From the NCBI GenBank assembly GCA_036867785.1, contig CP145409.1:434001-498000 (forward strand): a DNA stretch of 64,000 bases, in the 5' to 3' direction. A program made the translations under genes and the position numbers. Shown one piece after another: positions 47,445 through 60,863 of this stretch; position 1 is the first letter of the stretch, and each line of letters begins with the position of its first letter. Below the pieces are notes generated by a model. It saw only the letters and a program-made list of their open reading frames with translations, had not been told where the DNA came from and ran no database searches. This DNA comes from Plasmodiophora brassicae. Taxonomy: Eukaryota.

Positions 47445-49711
47445 TCACGATGCAGACAGAATCTTCTCCCGTACGCGAGGAGGGACCCGTGCGTACGCGC
47501 CTAGGCGGGTGGAGTAATGCGCAGATCCTTGCGAGATGGAGCGCACCGCGCTGGCGTACCCGATCAGTTCCTGCAGAGGGACCTGGGCGCAGATCTTGGT
47601 CGACTCGATGCTGTCGATTCGACCGCGCCTCCTGTACGATAAATCACTGGCAACGTCACCGATGTGGCCGGCAGCGCATCGGATCTCAATGTCGACGACA
47701 GGTTCGAGCAGATCGGCCTGTCCTTGACGCAAGGCGGCCTGGACGCACCGGTGACCAGCAGCGGCTGCGTCTGCCGGGTTGCTGTGCTTGCTCGTCTGCA
47801 ACTTGTCGATCGTCACGGTCACCTGGCTGACCGGATACCCGAGAATCGGCCCTCGCAAACATCCTTCTTCGATCCCTTGACGAACAAACCCAATTAAGGA
47901 ATCGTTTGCGGGGATACCTTCGTTAAGGCGGATCTCGATGTCTGCCACCTCGCTAGGGGCTACCGTCAAGGCAATCGTGATTGCATGATCCGACGCGCCA
48001 CTGGCACCAATGACAGGGTCGTAAACGATGCCGGCAGAGCACGGATCAGACAAGGTTTCCCGGTACGACACCGACATGGGCCCCAGTCGCGATTCAATGC
48101 CGAACTCATCCCGTATCCGGTTCTGCACGATCTCCAAATGCAGTTCGCCCATGCCCTTCACCACAGTCTGCCCCGTCTCGCTGTCGTTAACCACGACAAG
48201 ACTGGGATCCTCTTGCGATAGAGCCCGCAGGGCTTCCTCCATATCCGTCTGCTTGGAACTGCAGTCGGCTTCGATCGAACAGAAGAAGACTGGGTCGGGA
48301 ATCACCAACGAAGATCGATCTGCGTCAGCATTAGCGATGCCGTTGACGTCCCTGATGACGGCACCGGTGCGAACGCGTTTCAAGCCGGTAACGGCACAGA
48401 TTGCTCCAGGACCCATAGCTTCACCGCCACAGTCACGATAGTCGTTGGCATCAACCTGCAGGATGGAGCCAATTCGCATCTTCTCGCCGTCGACATAGAC
48501 TGCCGATTTCGCCGACAGCTCTCCAGCATAGACTCGCACGAATGCAAGTGGGCCGCGTTGCCGGTCGTGGACGATCTTGAAGACGAACGCGGACAACGGT
48601 GCGTCTTCAGCGGGAACTTCGGGGCCCGGTAAGAAATCAACAACAGCGTCGAGCACCGGCTGAATGCCAATGTCGCGGTACGCAGCGCCACAAAGAACAG
48701 GTACAACACGGTTCTTTCGGTCGTTGAGCGTTGCCCGTCGAATGGCGGATCGTATCATATCTGAAGGGACCGGTTGGTCGTCCAGGACGGCATTGAGAAT
48801 GTCTTCGTCGACGTCGCTGATCGCATCGAGAAGAAGGTGCCGATGATCGACGATTTCTTTGTAATCCTCACGGTCATCGGTGATAGGCAAGCGGTGCACG
48901 GTCTCGCCGCGACTTTCGCGGTCAAACCGGACGCTAGCCATGTCAACAAGGTCGATGACGCCGTCGATGGCACCTGTCTGGGGGTCATACGACGGGCGTT
49001 GTAAAATCCATGGAGTGGCCCCCAGTCGGTCCGATATTGTCTGAGTGGCTCGATCCAGATCGGCGCCTTCTCTGTCCAGCTTGTTGACGAACACGATACG
49101 TGGGACAGCGTACCTGTCCGCCTGGGCCCAGACCGTTTCGGTCTGGACTTGGACGCCCATGACACCGTCGATAACGGCAACGGCGCCGTCAAGGACTCGC
49201 ATACACCTTTCGACCTCGACTGTGAAGTCGACGTGTCCTGATGTGAACGTGTTACAAACCATCAACGGCAATAGTGGGGGAGCCGGCGTCCACCTGGGGA
49301 ATCGATGAGATTGCATTGATGCCCCTTCCAGTCAAGGTGGACGCAGGCGGAGCTGATCGTGATGCCTCGCCGCCGCTCTTCGGCCATGAAATCGGTGACA
49401 GTGTCGCCATCGTGCACTTCACCAATGTGATGCGTCCGTCCCGCATAAAACAACATCCGCTCAGTTACCTGCCAATCATCCGATCAGATCGTACGTCGAC
49501 CACTCCATCGCATTCCTTGGAAGTACTGTCGTCTGCAACCGCCACCATGTCAGCACCGATATCCACCACCTGCAATGCCCCCCCCCCATACTTTGCCAGC
49601 ATCAATATGTGCAATGATCCCGAAGTTCCGCATCGGCAGCGTACTCAATGCCCGCCTGGCAATGCCGGCCGACCGGCGCCACCGGCACGACGCCACGGCC
49701 ATCGTCGACAT
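47445..49711 (-). CDS. GFM2: Mitochondrial ribosome-releasing factor 2 (EF-G2mt)
   Basis: Arg-rich presequence; [82 protein letters not shown]. Introns 49533-49591, 49469-49526, 49238-49293. Confidence 0.88.
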
Positions 49712-50288
49712 CGGCGCCAGCCTACCTAGACGCGCGACTGGCGACGGCAACCGACGGCAACAAAATGTGCCGACGCTGCAGCACGCAGTGTCGCAGTCGT
49801 CCGCCCTCAGTCCCTGCCACTGGCCGACTGCAGCGAACGCCGCCCAACAACGCGCGGAGCTGCCATTGCCGAGTCAGGGCACGCTTGCTCGATCTGTATT
49901 CTATACGATTAGGCGTTGCCGAAGGGCATCACGGTTCGGGCTGGGACGACAGGAACGGCGAGGTGAACGCGCGCCGGCACCCGGGTCGTGTGCACGCGTG
50001 TGAACGCCGAGTTCGCCGCGCACGTTGGGCACAGGCACGGATGGCGGTACACTCGACAACGCGATACGACCGCACGACTGGGCGGCGCCATCGCGTAAAC
50101 GTTAATCGGCCTTGTCGATAGTACGCCGCGAATTCGGAATGGCTGGCGCTGGCGATGCCGAAGGTGTTGTTGTGTGACTCATGTCCGGTCACGTACCATC
50201 ATCGGCGTTTCCCTGCGTCACCTCACCTCTCGCCGGGACGGCATCCACGGCTTCTGAATCGTAAGCTGACCCCCTGCCCTACAATAAT

Positions 50289-50966
50289 TCATATATTCTT
50301 ATCCGGCCATAAATGATCCACGCCTCCTGTGCCGCCATCAGGGAACATCCGATGGCCGTGACGACGTACGTTGGCGTCCTCCGTCATGAGTGCTAAGAGC
50401 TTTCTTCGCGGTTTCGGAGGTCCTGCTTCGTGGGCATCGCGTTCGTTCAGGGCTCGAATTGCTCGGCGACATGCTTCCCTGCAACCAAGCTCGCGTTGCA
50501 TGCGGCCGAACGCCGCGCGCTCCCTCGCTTCGAGAATGGATCGCCTTCCGTTCCTGCCGGCGGCTTCCTTGACGAAGCACCCGTCGCCTATCGTCATGCC
50601 TTGCCATTGCGGCTCCCGGTACACGAAGAAGGTGTCGCGCTCGCGATCTTTCCTGGTAAAGTGTGCGGCAATGTCGTCGAGTCCTGGCGACCCAACCGGT
50701 ACCAACGCGTTACTGTCGAACGAACGCGTGAATTCGACGGGAGGAAGTGCATCCATAATGGACAAGGCTGGACGAGGCTGCCGGCGCCGAGCGGATCTAG
50801 GGCTGCTTAACGGCGAGCAGTACATGGTGGATTTGACAGTCGGCTCTGGGTCAAATGGTGCCAATGCTGAACGGTGCAGTCGACGCTGGCGACGTCGGTT
50901 CTGCGATGAGCTCGAATCCAGGAACGCATAAATGCGTTCAACGTTGACGCGGGGCGATGTCGTCAT
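50289..50966 (-). CDS. Hypothetical basic protein
   Basis: Open frame of about 225 codons from ATG 50966; no recognisable family. Confidence 0.5.
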   Translation of the reverse strand: MTTSPRVNVERIYAFLDSSSSQNRRRQRRLHRSALAPFDPEPTVKSTMYCSPLSSPRSARRRQPRPALSIMDALPPVEFTRSFDSNALVPVGSPGLDDIAAHFTRKDRERDTFFVYREPQWQGMTIGDGCFVKEAAGRNGRRSILEARERAAFGRMQRELGCREACRRAIRALNERDAHEAGPPKPRRKLLALMTEDANVRRHGHRMFPDGGTGGVDHLWPDKNI

Positions 50967-51084
50967 GCCGGTTGCGGGTTTAGGCAACCAAGCACAAGAT
51001 ATCGCAACGGTACAGATGGATCGCAAGTGCCTTGCACGTAAGAATAATGACAATATCGTGTAGGGACACAGAGACGGTGACTGC

Positions 51085-51788
51085 CTATGCGAGCTCAACT
51101 TCTCTTTCCTGAACTTCTTCGGCCTGTTCCTGTTCTTGAACGCGTTCGAGATCAGAGACGGCAGGGCGATCGACAGCAGGAATATCGTCAAACTGTTTCT
51201 GAAGCTTCTCTGTTTCCTCCTGTTCGATCATGTCGAGTTCTCTCAGCGCGGCTTCATCATCCTGCGCGGTCATCTGCCCGCTCAGCATTTCCGAGATCTG
51301 CTCCTGGTAGGCGACCGCCTCGGCGGTATCCTCCATGAGCTTATCGACGTCATCAATATCCATCTGCGCGTTGATAGACTGTAATGCCTCATTGCCTTCC
51401 TTCAGCGCGGCGAAGACCTGCGCCGTGATCTCAGCGAACTGGATCGAGTTGACCAGCTCTTCGATGTTGGCCATCTTGGCCATCGATTTCTCGATCATCG
51501 ACTCATGGAGGCGTTTCTTCCTCAGCACCAGCTTCGCTTTCTCCTTCTGTTTCGCTTTTACCAGCTCCCTAGCGACCTCCGTCTCGCGAACGACGAGCGC
51601 ATCGTTCTACAGGACACGTCAGCACCGACGCAGGCGCCATCAACTCGCGTGAATACCTTCACAATGAACTTCTTCAGGCGGTCCCGCTGGACCTTCAGGT
51701 CGTAGACGGCCTTGTCTCGATCGCTGATGGCGGCCTTGGGCGGCGGCGCCGGCCGTCGCGCCGCCTTCTTTGTGAAGATGCCGCCCAT
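51085..51788 (-). CDS. VPS20: ESCRT-III subunit Vps20/CHMP6
   Basis: N-myristoylation start MGGIFTKK, ISDRDKAVYDLKVQRDRLKKF, intron 51607-51656, Snf7 core SIQFAEITAQVFAALKEGNEAL..DVDKLMEDTAEAVAYQEQISEML. Confidence 0.92.
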
Positions 51789-52012
51789 CAGATGGGCGGT
51801 ACCGAAATAGAACGTCGCAACTTCTCTGCGCCAGCTGCGTGGCCGACTGGTTGATTGACTCCGCTGGAACGCCAGTCGTGGCCTAGCCGAGACCCGGATC
51901 TCCATGACTCATACGTGTCCGAGTCGAGTCATCACGTTGTGTCAAGAGCGGTGGTCGTGGCGTCATAATTCTAACCTCGGTCGTATTATCTGCTCGGTAT
52001 AGTTGCTCGCCG

Positions 52013-53522
52013 ATGAAGGCTGACAAGAAGGGTAGTGCCAAGACTCCGAAGGAGGCAGCCGATGCCGGCAAGCCTGCCACGGCGGTCAAGGCAACAGCCC
52101 GATCTAGCCCCAAATCACATTTCGTCGCCTCGGCGGTCATCCTTGCACTGGCGGCGATCGTCTCTGCCGTTGTTCTTCGCGACCGCATGCTCGATGCTTC
52201 GTTGATATGCAACGCTGTACCGGGTGTGTGCCGAATGTTGCACCTGGCCCTGCCTGCAGCAAGCTCGCAGGTCGACAAACCCGTCAAGGCGTACTCGCCG
52301 ACTGTGTCGCTTGAGTTCTTCAACCGACTCGACATTCCCGTCGACACGTACTGGAAGGACTACGCTGGCGAGGAACAGTTCTGGTTCTCCATGGAACCAT
52401 TCTCCTACACTGGAAACATCTCGTCGATTCGAGGACGTAAGTGCCATTGTTCCTGGCATGGGATGCGGCTAACGCGTGTGTGGTAGACGTCTGGTCGTTC
52501 CGTTCAGCGCTGACCGCCGAGCTGCTATTCGAGGAGGCGATTGACCTGACTCACTGTGGCAAGATTCACATCGCGCCACCTGAGCACATCGAGGCGCTGC
52601 GTCAGTACTGTGCCAAGACCGGGCGTGCCGTTATCGGCAACTGGCCACGAGCGCCATTGGTTCGCCACCTACCGCCATTGTTGCCCGTCGGCAGTACGAA
52701 GCCGTTCCGCAGCGAGAACGTTCAGTTCGAGTCGTACGAAGGTCGCACGCGCTCTGTTGTTCACGAGATGCAGGTCGAGACGCTGTCCAACGACCCCCAC
52801 CTGCTACGCGTCGACAACTTCCTCTCTAATGAGGAATGCGACTACCTGATGGAACTTTCGGAGCCGCGATTGATGCAGTCGTCGTCGGGTGACGAAGCGT
52901 CATCGACCTGGCTCGAGCACGGCGAGTCCCCGATCGTTGCGTCGATCACGAGGCGGATCTTCGACCTGATGGGATTTGATGGCGACGTCGAAACGTTCTA
53001 CTTCGCCGAGAAGATGCAGATCGCGCGATTCCAAGCAGGGCAAGAGTACCTGCCGCACTTCGATGCCATGGATCTAACGACGTCCCAGCGAGCGTTGCCG
53101 CACAACCGCTACGCGACAGTGGTACTTTGGAGCGTATCCGCCTTCGAAGAAGCGCTGACCGTATGACCTACAGATGCTTTACCTGAATTCGGTGGAGGAC
53201 TCTGAGGGTGGTGCGGATGTTTGGCCGCGCGCTAACAAGGCCGATGAGTTCCAGCGCGCTCCTTGCGATGCTGAATTCCGCATTCAGCCTCAGCGGGGCA
53301 CTCTGCTCGTCCTGTACTCCATGTTCGGCGACGGCGCCATTGACGAAGCGTCCCTGCATGGTTCGTGCCCGATCTCTACGCCTGGCAAGGAGAAGTGGAC
53401 CGCGAACATGTTCTTCTGGGTAAGTGCTTAACGAGTTCGTCATGTCACGGGCAAATGTTTACCGGCGGGCTGTGTCGCAGGACCCGTTCGTTCAGTGGTC
53501 TCCTGAGCAGACGACGGTCTAG
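52013..53522 (+). CDS. Type II membrane prolyl 4-hydroxylase (2OG-Fe(II)) with N-terminal VHL-like beta-domain
   Basis: TM FVASAVILALAAIVSAVVL; VHL-like FFNR..YWKDYAGEEQFW..SSIRG|HVWSFRSA; P4H core DPHLLRVDNFLSNEECDYL, YLPHFD (HxD), NRYATV|MLYLN..EGG, SLHGSCPI..EKWTANMFFW. Introns 52437-52486, 53122-53173, 53420-53480. Confidence 0.88.
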
Positions 53523-53707
53523 GTTTACAATAAATAGGTTGCGTTATATACACGATTCGACTATGAACCGGTGTAGCTGAGGCAGCGGGTGGCCAGTGTA
53601 CGGCTTCGGATAAAATTTTCACGTGGCGTGAACTCTGAGGCGACCTTCCAGAAGTCGGCCCAGATTTTGGGGAAGGTGGGGTCGAGTCTCCTCTCGAGCG
53701 ACCGTCG

Positions 53708-56700
53708 ATGACGGGCGGCGGCGCTGAGGGGAATCCAGCCGTGCCCGTTCTGCAATATCTTGATGGTCTACTGGATCGGCTGGCAGGGTCCTGCTCGAGG
53801 AAACAGACGACAATTCGCGACGCTTGCGAAACCGCGCGTGCACACCTGAAGTCGTCAGACACCTCTGACAATCCGAATATGCTGAGCGCACGGGCGATTG
53901 AGGTCTCTATGCCCCCGCTGTTGTCAACGTTGGAGGCGCAACAGGCCCCGAAGCAGCAGCTTATAGCACTGCAGGGGTTGGAGCGAATCTTCTCGCACCC
54001 CGGCACTGAATCCGATGCCCATGTCGAGAATGCCGTTTCTGTGATCGCTCAGGCTGGCCGAGAATCCATCGACGAGCCTGTACAACTTCAGGTGATGAAC
54101 GTGCTTCGCTGTGCGATTCTCAATCCGGATTGCTTCGTGCACGGCCAGGCGTTGATGATGGCGGTGCGCGCATGCTACCAGATATACCTGTCTGGTGTAA
54201 CTGTAATGGCGAACGGCAATAGCTCCGCTGGCAACCAACGATGCAAATTGGCCCATTCCATATTGTCGGATATCCTGACGACTGTCTTTGAGCGGATGGA
54301 ATGCGCTGCCTCTCAGCTGACAGCTACTGCCCATCACCGGCATGAAGATTCCATTAACTCGACGGCGGAAATGCCGACGGATGACCTTGAGGAGTCTGCG
54401 ATGTCTGCGGATGATGACATCATTGTCTCTGCAGTCCTTGACCGGCTCGTGGGACTCGTCGAACAGAAGTTGAGCGACGGTTCCGGTGTCTCCGAAGAAA
54501 CATCTCCAGATGCGGGTACTTGCGAGGCGAAAGTGTCACCAGAATCTGGCGTTTCCTATAGATCTAAATCCGAACCGGCTGCTGATCGCATTTCCGCACA
54601 GAGTGGCGTTCCAGTTGAAGACGAATCGGAGGACGCGCACCTACGCAAAACGACGGCTCTGTTGCAGAATGACGCCTTTCTCCTGTTTCGGTCGTTGTGT
54701 AAGCTGTCGGATAAGCCGCTTGTTAGTGAAGATGACGACGTGGCGATTCGCTCCAAATCCTTCTCCTTAGTTCTTCTCAATGAGATTATTGTGCACTCTG
54801 GGCATCACTTTCGATCGTCTCGTCGGTTTTTGAACGGGATTCGCGTCCATTTGGTGAAATCGCTGTTCAAGAACTGCGTGTCCCCTGTCCATGCTGTGTT
54901 TCAGCTTGCTCTTCAACTGTTCGTCTCGATCATCCAGTGTCACGAGTTCAAAGTGACGTTGAAGACTGAGATCGGCGTTCTTCTCGATTCCGTAATACTA
55001 GGTGTCGCAGAGAGCCAGTCCTCATCGGCTGCACACCGTCTTTCTGTGCTTCGCATGCTCCGGAAGGCGATTTGCTCCCAGAAGGACGTCGTATTTGACC
55101 TGTTCCTGAATTATGACTGCGACACTGGCGGCACGTCCGATGGTGCTTCTATCAATGTGTACGAGCACATGTGCAAAATCCTTGAATCTTCTGCCAACTC
55201 TTTGTCGGGACCACCTGACAACCGGCTTGAAGCAGTACAGTGTATCGACGAACTGCTGCGCGCTTTGCTTGCGTTTCATGATGACGCTGCTCCTGACACT
55301 GTTGCTGCTGCTTCTGACAGTAGCATCGAGGCGTCTGCTGGCAGCGGCTCGAGAGGCGGGAGCCCCAAACATGCCTCTATGTCGGGCGGAGGTGGGGGTG
55401 CTTGGGACATCGTTTCCTCCAAGTTCGAACGGAAGCGTGAAGTTGCTGCCGATTTGCAGGCGGGCATTGTTAAGTTTAACCTGAAGCCCAAAGCCGGATT
55501 GGCTTACCTGCACGAGAAAGGCATCGTTGATAGTACTTCGGCAGCGGAAGTTGCCAAATTCTTGCATAGCGCCAAATCACTTGACAAGCAGGTCTGTTTG
55601 CGGGTCCTCAACCGGTTGGACAGTTCTGACCGTGGGGTAGGCGATCGGGGAATTTCTCGGCGGCCATCAACCGTTCAACCGCGAAGTGCTGTACGCATAC
55701 GTGGACATAATGTCCTTTCATGATTCTCACATCGACACGGCGCTACGGAAGTTCCTTCAAGGGTTTCGGCTTCCAGGGGAATCCCAGATTATCGATCGGA
55801 TGATGGAGAAGTTTGCGGAACGCTACTGTGCATGCAATCCGGGTGCATTCAGTACTGCTGACTGTGCCTACGTGCTCGCGTATGCGATTATTATGCTGAA
55901 TACTGATGCTCATAATCCGATGCTCAAAGACAAGTCGGTAGTTTTGAGGTTCTGTCTCGCGTTTCCTGACAGGGCTTGTGTGCAGAGACCGCATGTCGAA
56001 AGAGCAATTCGTCAACAACAATCGCGGTATTGATGGTGGTAAAGACCTTCCTAGAGAGTTTATGACTGATATCTATGATCGCATTGTCAATAACGAGATT
56101 AAGATGCATACGGCGTAAGCCGCCCTGCTTCCCAATCACGGCTCGTTTGCTAATACCCCCTATCTGTGCAGACTCAGTGCTCCCAGTGGTTCTGCTGGCC
56201 TGCACGTTGTTGATGATTTCCACAAAGACGCGGAACGCTTGATGGAAATGACAAGGAACCTTTTATCTGCCGTGGCAATGTCCTCTGGTTCAGCGTCATA
56301 CCTGCAGATTTCCGCCCAAGATCGGACCATTGTTCAGCCCATGTTTTCAGTGCTCTGGGCGCCTGTCCTCGTTGTTTGCAGCATGCAGTTGCAGGGCGAT
56401 CATATTTCATCAGATACTGTGCGCTTATGCATGTCGATTTATCGCGTATGCATTCGCCTGTCTTCTCGGTTTAACATGCACGTTCAGCGAGCTGCGTTCA
56501 TCAACTCCCTGGCTGCACAGACGTTGCTGGCGGGTGCTCCGACTTCAGCCCCGATGCAGTTCAAAAACATCGAAGCTGTTCGCGTTCTCCTGGGGGAGGT
56601 TGCTCTCCAAGAAGGAGATTACATTCGCGAATCGTGGTCGACAATCTTGCGTTGCATCTCCGAGCTTGACCGTCTTCACATGATCGGGTCTGGCGCCCAC

Positions 56701-58941
56701 TCAGATGAGCAGTTCTTCGATGCCCCTGCTTCAGGCTCCGTGCAGACGTCGACAACGGATGCTGTTAACTCCGCTTCGCTGGCAGCAAACTTTGAAACTA
56801 GCGTCATTGACCGCATATTCTCTCGGTCGGCCTCTTTGTCTGCTGAAGCCATTGTGCATTTTGTCGATGAACTGTGCGCTGTTTCTGCCACCGAGCTTGT
56901 CCAGAACCGGGTATTCTCCCTTCAGAAACTGGTCGAGATCACGTACTACAACATGAATCGCATCCGACTCGTGTGGTCGCGTATCTGGAGTCCAATTTCG
57001 TCTCACCTAACTCGGGCGGGGCAGCACCCAAATCTCAAAGTTGCCATTTACGCTATCGATTCTCTGCGTCAATTGGCGAACAAGTTTCTTGAGAAGGATG
57101 AACTGTCCAGGTACGAGTTCCAAGTTCAATTCCTGAAACCTTTCGACTCCATTATGAGATGGACAGCTTCTCCCGATATTCGCGAGTTCATTGTTCAATG
57201 TCTTTCGCGTCTCGTACTGTCCCGTGCTGACAATGTCAAGTCAGGGTGGCGCATAGTGTGGAGCGTGTTTGAAGAGGCTGCCCGCGACTCTCCGTTAGCC
57301 GCAGCATCCTTGACGCTGGAAACCGCAACCCGACTGCTTCATGAACACGGCGACGTTGTCATGAAAGGGTCCATCGATGAAGTGCCCGTCGAAATTGTTC
57401 AGTGCTTGATAGCGTTCGTTGAATCGCGTCACACGGACCTGAGCCTGCAAGCTATCGCGCTGCTCGAGTTCGTGGCACACCACCTCCATCGGATATCCAG
57501 TGAAACGTCCACCGGGGATCACTCGGACTCCTCTCTCGACGTCGACGGTACTGCTCCCCGACATGGCTCTGTGTCCAGTGAACCAGTGCAGTCCATGGTC
57601 GGTATCTGGCTTCTGGCCTTGACTGGACTTTCCAAGGCCGTTGGTGACGCCCGCCCTGAGGTCCGCACGCGAGCGCTCTCCGTTCTTCATGCTGTGCTTC
57701 GCGAGCTAGGGAAGGAATTCTCTGTGCAGACATGGCGCATGCTCTTCAAAGTCGTTCTTATACCTATGTTCGATGATGTCGTCAAGGATCCGATTGGTCA
57801 GCGTGTTGGTGACGGAACCGGATCGGGTGATGACGGGACGTCTTTCGCCGAAGCCTGGTTCTCTACGACATGTGCCCCAGCACTGTCCGTCACCATTGAC
57901 GTGCTCTCCGAGAACTTCAGCCAGGTGTCGTTTGAGCTGCCGAACGTGCTCCGTCTTTTGTCGGACGTCACCTGTGCTGGTTCCCGACGGCACCGTGTCG
58001 CACTTGCTGAGATTGGCATCAATGGGCTGGTCCGGCTAATGGGCAGCTGTGCAGTTTCGCTTTCTCCAGATGCTTGGACCAGTGTCCTGCAAACTATGTG
58101 CTATATCACATCTGTGCATTGTGGCGGATCGGCGAACTTCACGTCCGAAGCTTCGTCACCAGCCGTATCACCGAGTCCTCGAAGCACCCTGCTTAGGTCC
58201 TCCGTGCTTCAGCGCTTGATTACTATGACTGAACAGGCCGTGTTCCAATACTCAAAGTACTGGGACGTGACCCAATGTTCGATGGTACACACCCCCTCGC
58301 CGTTCTTAACGCTAATTGCACTCAGCGTATCCTGCTACAGTTATCATCCGCCCTCGATCGCGTCCTAATGTGGATGTCGACGATTCCTGCTTTGGCTCGC
58401 GATGCGTGTGCGTGCGTCAGTGTCATTATATCACTGTCAGTAGTTATGTTAGGTAATCGTTGTACGTGCGGCAACGGTTTCCTGTAGGTGACATTCTGCA
58501 TGTCATACAGGCAACGAAGTTACAAATCCAAGCTGGGTTGGGTCCAGGGTTGCCGAAGGCACTCGAATCTTTGTTACTATTTCGAGCTACTTGATGAAGC
58601 ATTTCATCCTGTCGGAGCCCTCGTTCCCCGAATACGAAGCCGAACGTCATGTCGTCTGTCAGCTTCTGGCCAGTCTCACTCGTTCGTTACACCCGCGTAC
58701 AAATATGCTCTCTGATACTGACTGGATGTTGGGATTGGTAGAGATGCCAGATTCGCTTCTGACGACCATGTTTATGGAACTTCACCCCATTGTGTTCGAT
58801 CTTGTTATGGTCCGAGACCAAATCGTTCGCGTCCACCTCCATCGACTGCTATCGCGGTTACTCAGCGGCGGTATCATGAAGCTTTCATCAAGTAGCAACG
58901 GTGACTCCAGAGACCAACCATATCAATCCTCTGTAATATAA
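53708..58941 (+). CDS. BIG/Sec7-type large ARF guanine-nucleotide exchange factor, multi-exon
   Basis: DCB/HUS ([21 protein letters not shown]), Sec7 glutamic finger [41 protein letters not shown] motifs ([49 protein letters not shown]). Confidence 0.93.
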
Positions 58942-59164
58942 AGTAAATGTATACAACGTTGAGTATGTCCATCGTTGTAACTGCGTTGCTCGTATTCCCA
59001 GCCCACAACGCAGGACTGGGACGCCATTTAAACACGGTAAAGGCGGTCTTCGTCATATGCGGGTTTCTTCTTGCAGAACACGGAAGATGCAGTGGTATGT
59101 CGGTCTTATACGCGTCGTCTGACGATGATCTAGCGGTTCAGCATGAGGAGTGGGTCACAGTTAT

Positions 59165-60603
59165 TTATCTGTGTTCTTTGGCACTTTCACGATCGGCTGA
59201 CTGCTGTGACAGCTTCAGGACTGATTCGCCTTCCGCGTTGACGACTGCCAGTGAGGCACCCTTCTCCAATAGGTAATTGCCTAACTCGTGGTAGTGGAAC
59301 CTGAACGCCTGGTGTGCTGCAGTGTTCCCCTGGTCCTGTTCAAGAGTGTCAAACATAACGCATGCAGTCGCAGCAGCCTCTAGGCGAACGTTTTGAGCGT
59401 TAATGTTGGAGCGCCGGCGAAGGCATTCCTTCAGGAGCCGTTTACAGTTTTGCGACGCTGGCAGTTACGTTGTGAAACGCGTTTGTCTATCAATTAGGCA
59501 CGAACCGATACCTGCAATGATTAGAAGGGTGTTGCCGTGCTCGTCGCGGACGTCTATGTGAAGACCGGGGATTGTATCTAGAGCCTCAATCACCTGACAG
59601 CAAAGTCAGAGTGACGCTAACTGTGTCTGTGCTTATATGCCTGACCTGCTTATGTTTGGACTGCCGAGCATCTCGGAACATTCTCTCGATCTGCAGGGCA
59701 ACCTCTGCGCGCGTACATCAGTTTCACCAACAAAACGCTACGTTATCCACCTTGTTGACCTTCAGGTTGCCCAGCGTTCTATGACAATGCTCAGCTACAG
59801 AGCAGGCACTGGTTCACAGCGCAAACCTTGGTAGACGTAGCTGGCGGGTTGGAAGGCCCTTTACCACCCGTGGCGGAATCAGGCCGGGGAACGACCGTGA
59901 ACAGTTCCCCCGACCACTGCCTCGTTCGATTCTTCTTGGTGCCGTGTACCTTGGAATCGGGGTCCACCACCGTGCTGGATGCGTCGACGCTGTCGTTATG
60001 AACCGCTTTGAGTTCCGGAATGACTCTGCGACAAGGACGATACGATGTAAGAATGGGCGCCAAAGACAGAGCACCATCCCTGGATACGGTTGGGATGGTC
60101 GCCGCGCCTGGTGCCGAGAGTGGTCAGCAGACGATGTGCCGTCCTCATCGTCGGAATTGGCGAAGCTACTGCTGGGAGAATCGCGGGAGATCTTGGGGAG
60201 CTCATCGAGCGTTGATTTCCTGCCCGATTTCGAGTGCCGCGACGACTTCGGGGTCGCCGTGTCATCGTCATAGTATTTCGGTTCGTGGACAATGCCAGGA
60301 AGGACCTCGTCGTGAGCCCGAACGGCCCCGCCAACGGGTGCCTTTGAGGACGCAGATGACACTAGCGAACCTGGCTTTGGAGTTACCATTGGCGTGGCGT
60401 TATCCTGGCCGGCTCCCTTGCTGCCACCGATATCCGTCAAACCCGCCCTGCGAGCAGCGTCAGCACTACGTCGAACAGTGGTGCCGCACGAGCGGTCACC
60501 TAGGCGTTAAGGCACGCGGCGAGCTTGCCCCTAACGCCGAGCTCCGGTTGGGGAGCGGGTCCAGCGATTGTTTTCGTGGCGGCAGCGCCGGCAGCTGAGA
60601 CAT
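59165..60603 (-). CDS. Protein with low-complexity N-terminus and C-terminal ankyrin repeats, multi-exon
   Basis: Spliced DEHGNTLLIIA|ASQNCKRLLKECLRRRSNINAQN|DQGNTAAHQAFRFHYHELGNYLLEKGA. Start at 60603 is tentative. Confidence 0.72.
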
Positions 60604-60863
60604 GTCCTGCAGCAGTTGGCTTGTCACCAAGTCAGGTCTCCTGCATAGCCATGCGCACGAAATGCGATTCGTTGACGGGCATAGTGGTATCTCGTAACAC
60701 CGGAAATATCTTGGTACGAACGGGCGCACGTCACTGCCGACGTGGCGTACCTATTCCTGGGTTCTCAACAGAAGAGCTGCTGAATGCCGCGAATGTTCAT
60801 TGGGTCGATTGCCATCTGACAAGCGCCATTGGCCTGTTGAATACGACCTTGTCTGTTTCATGG

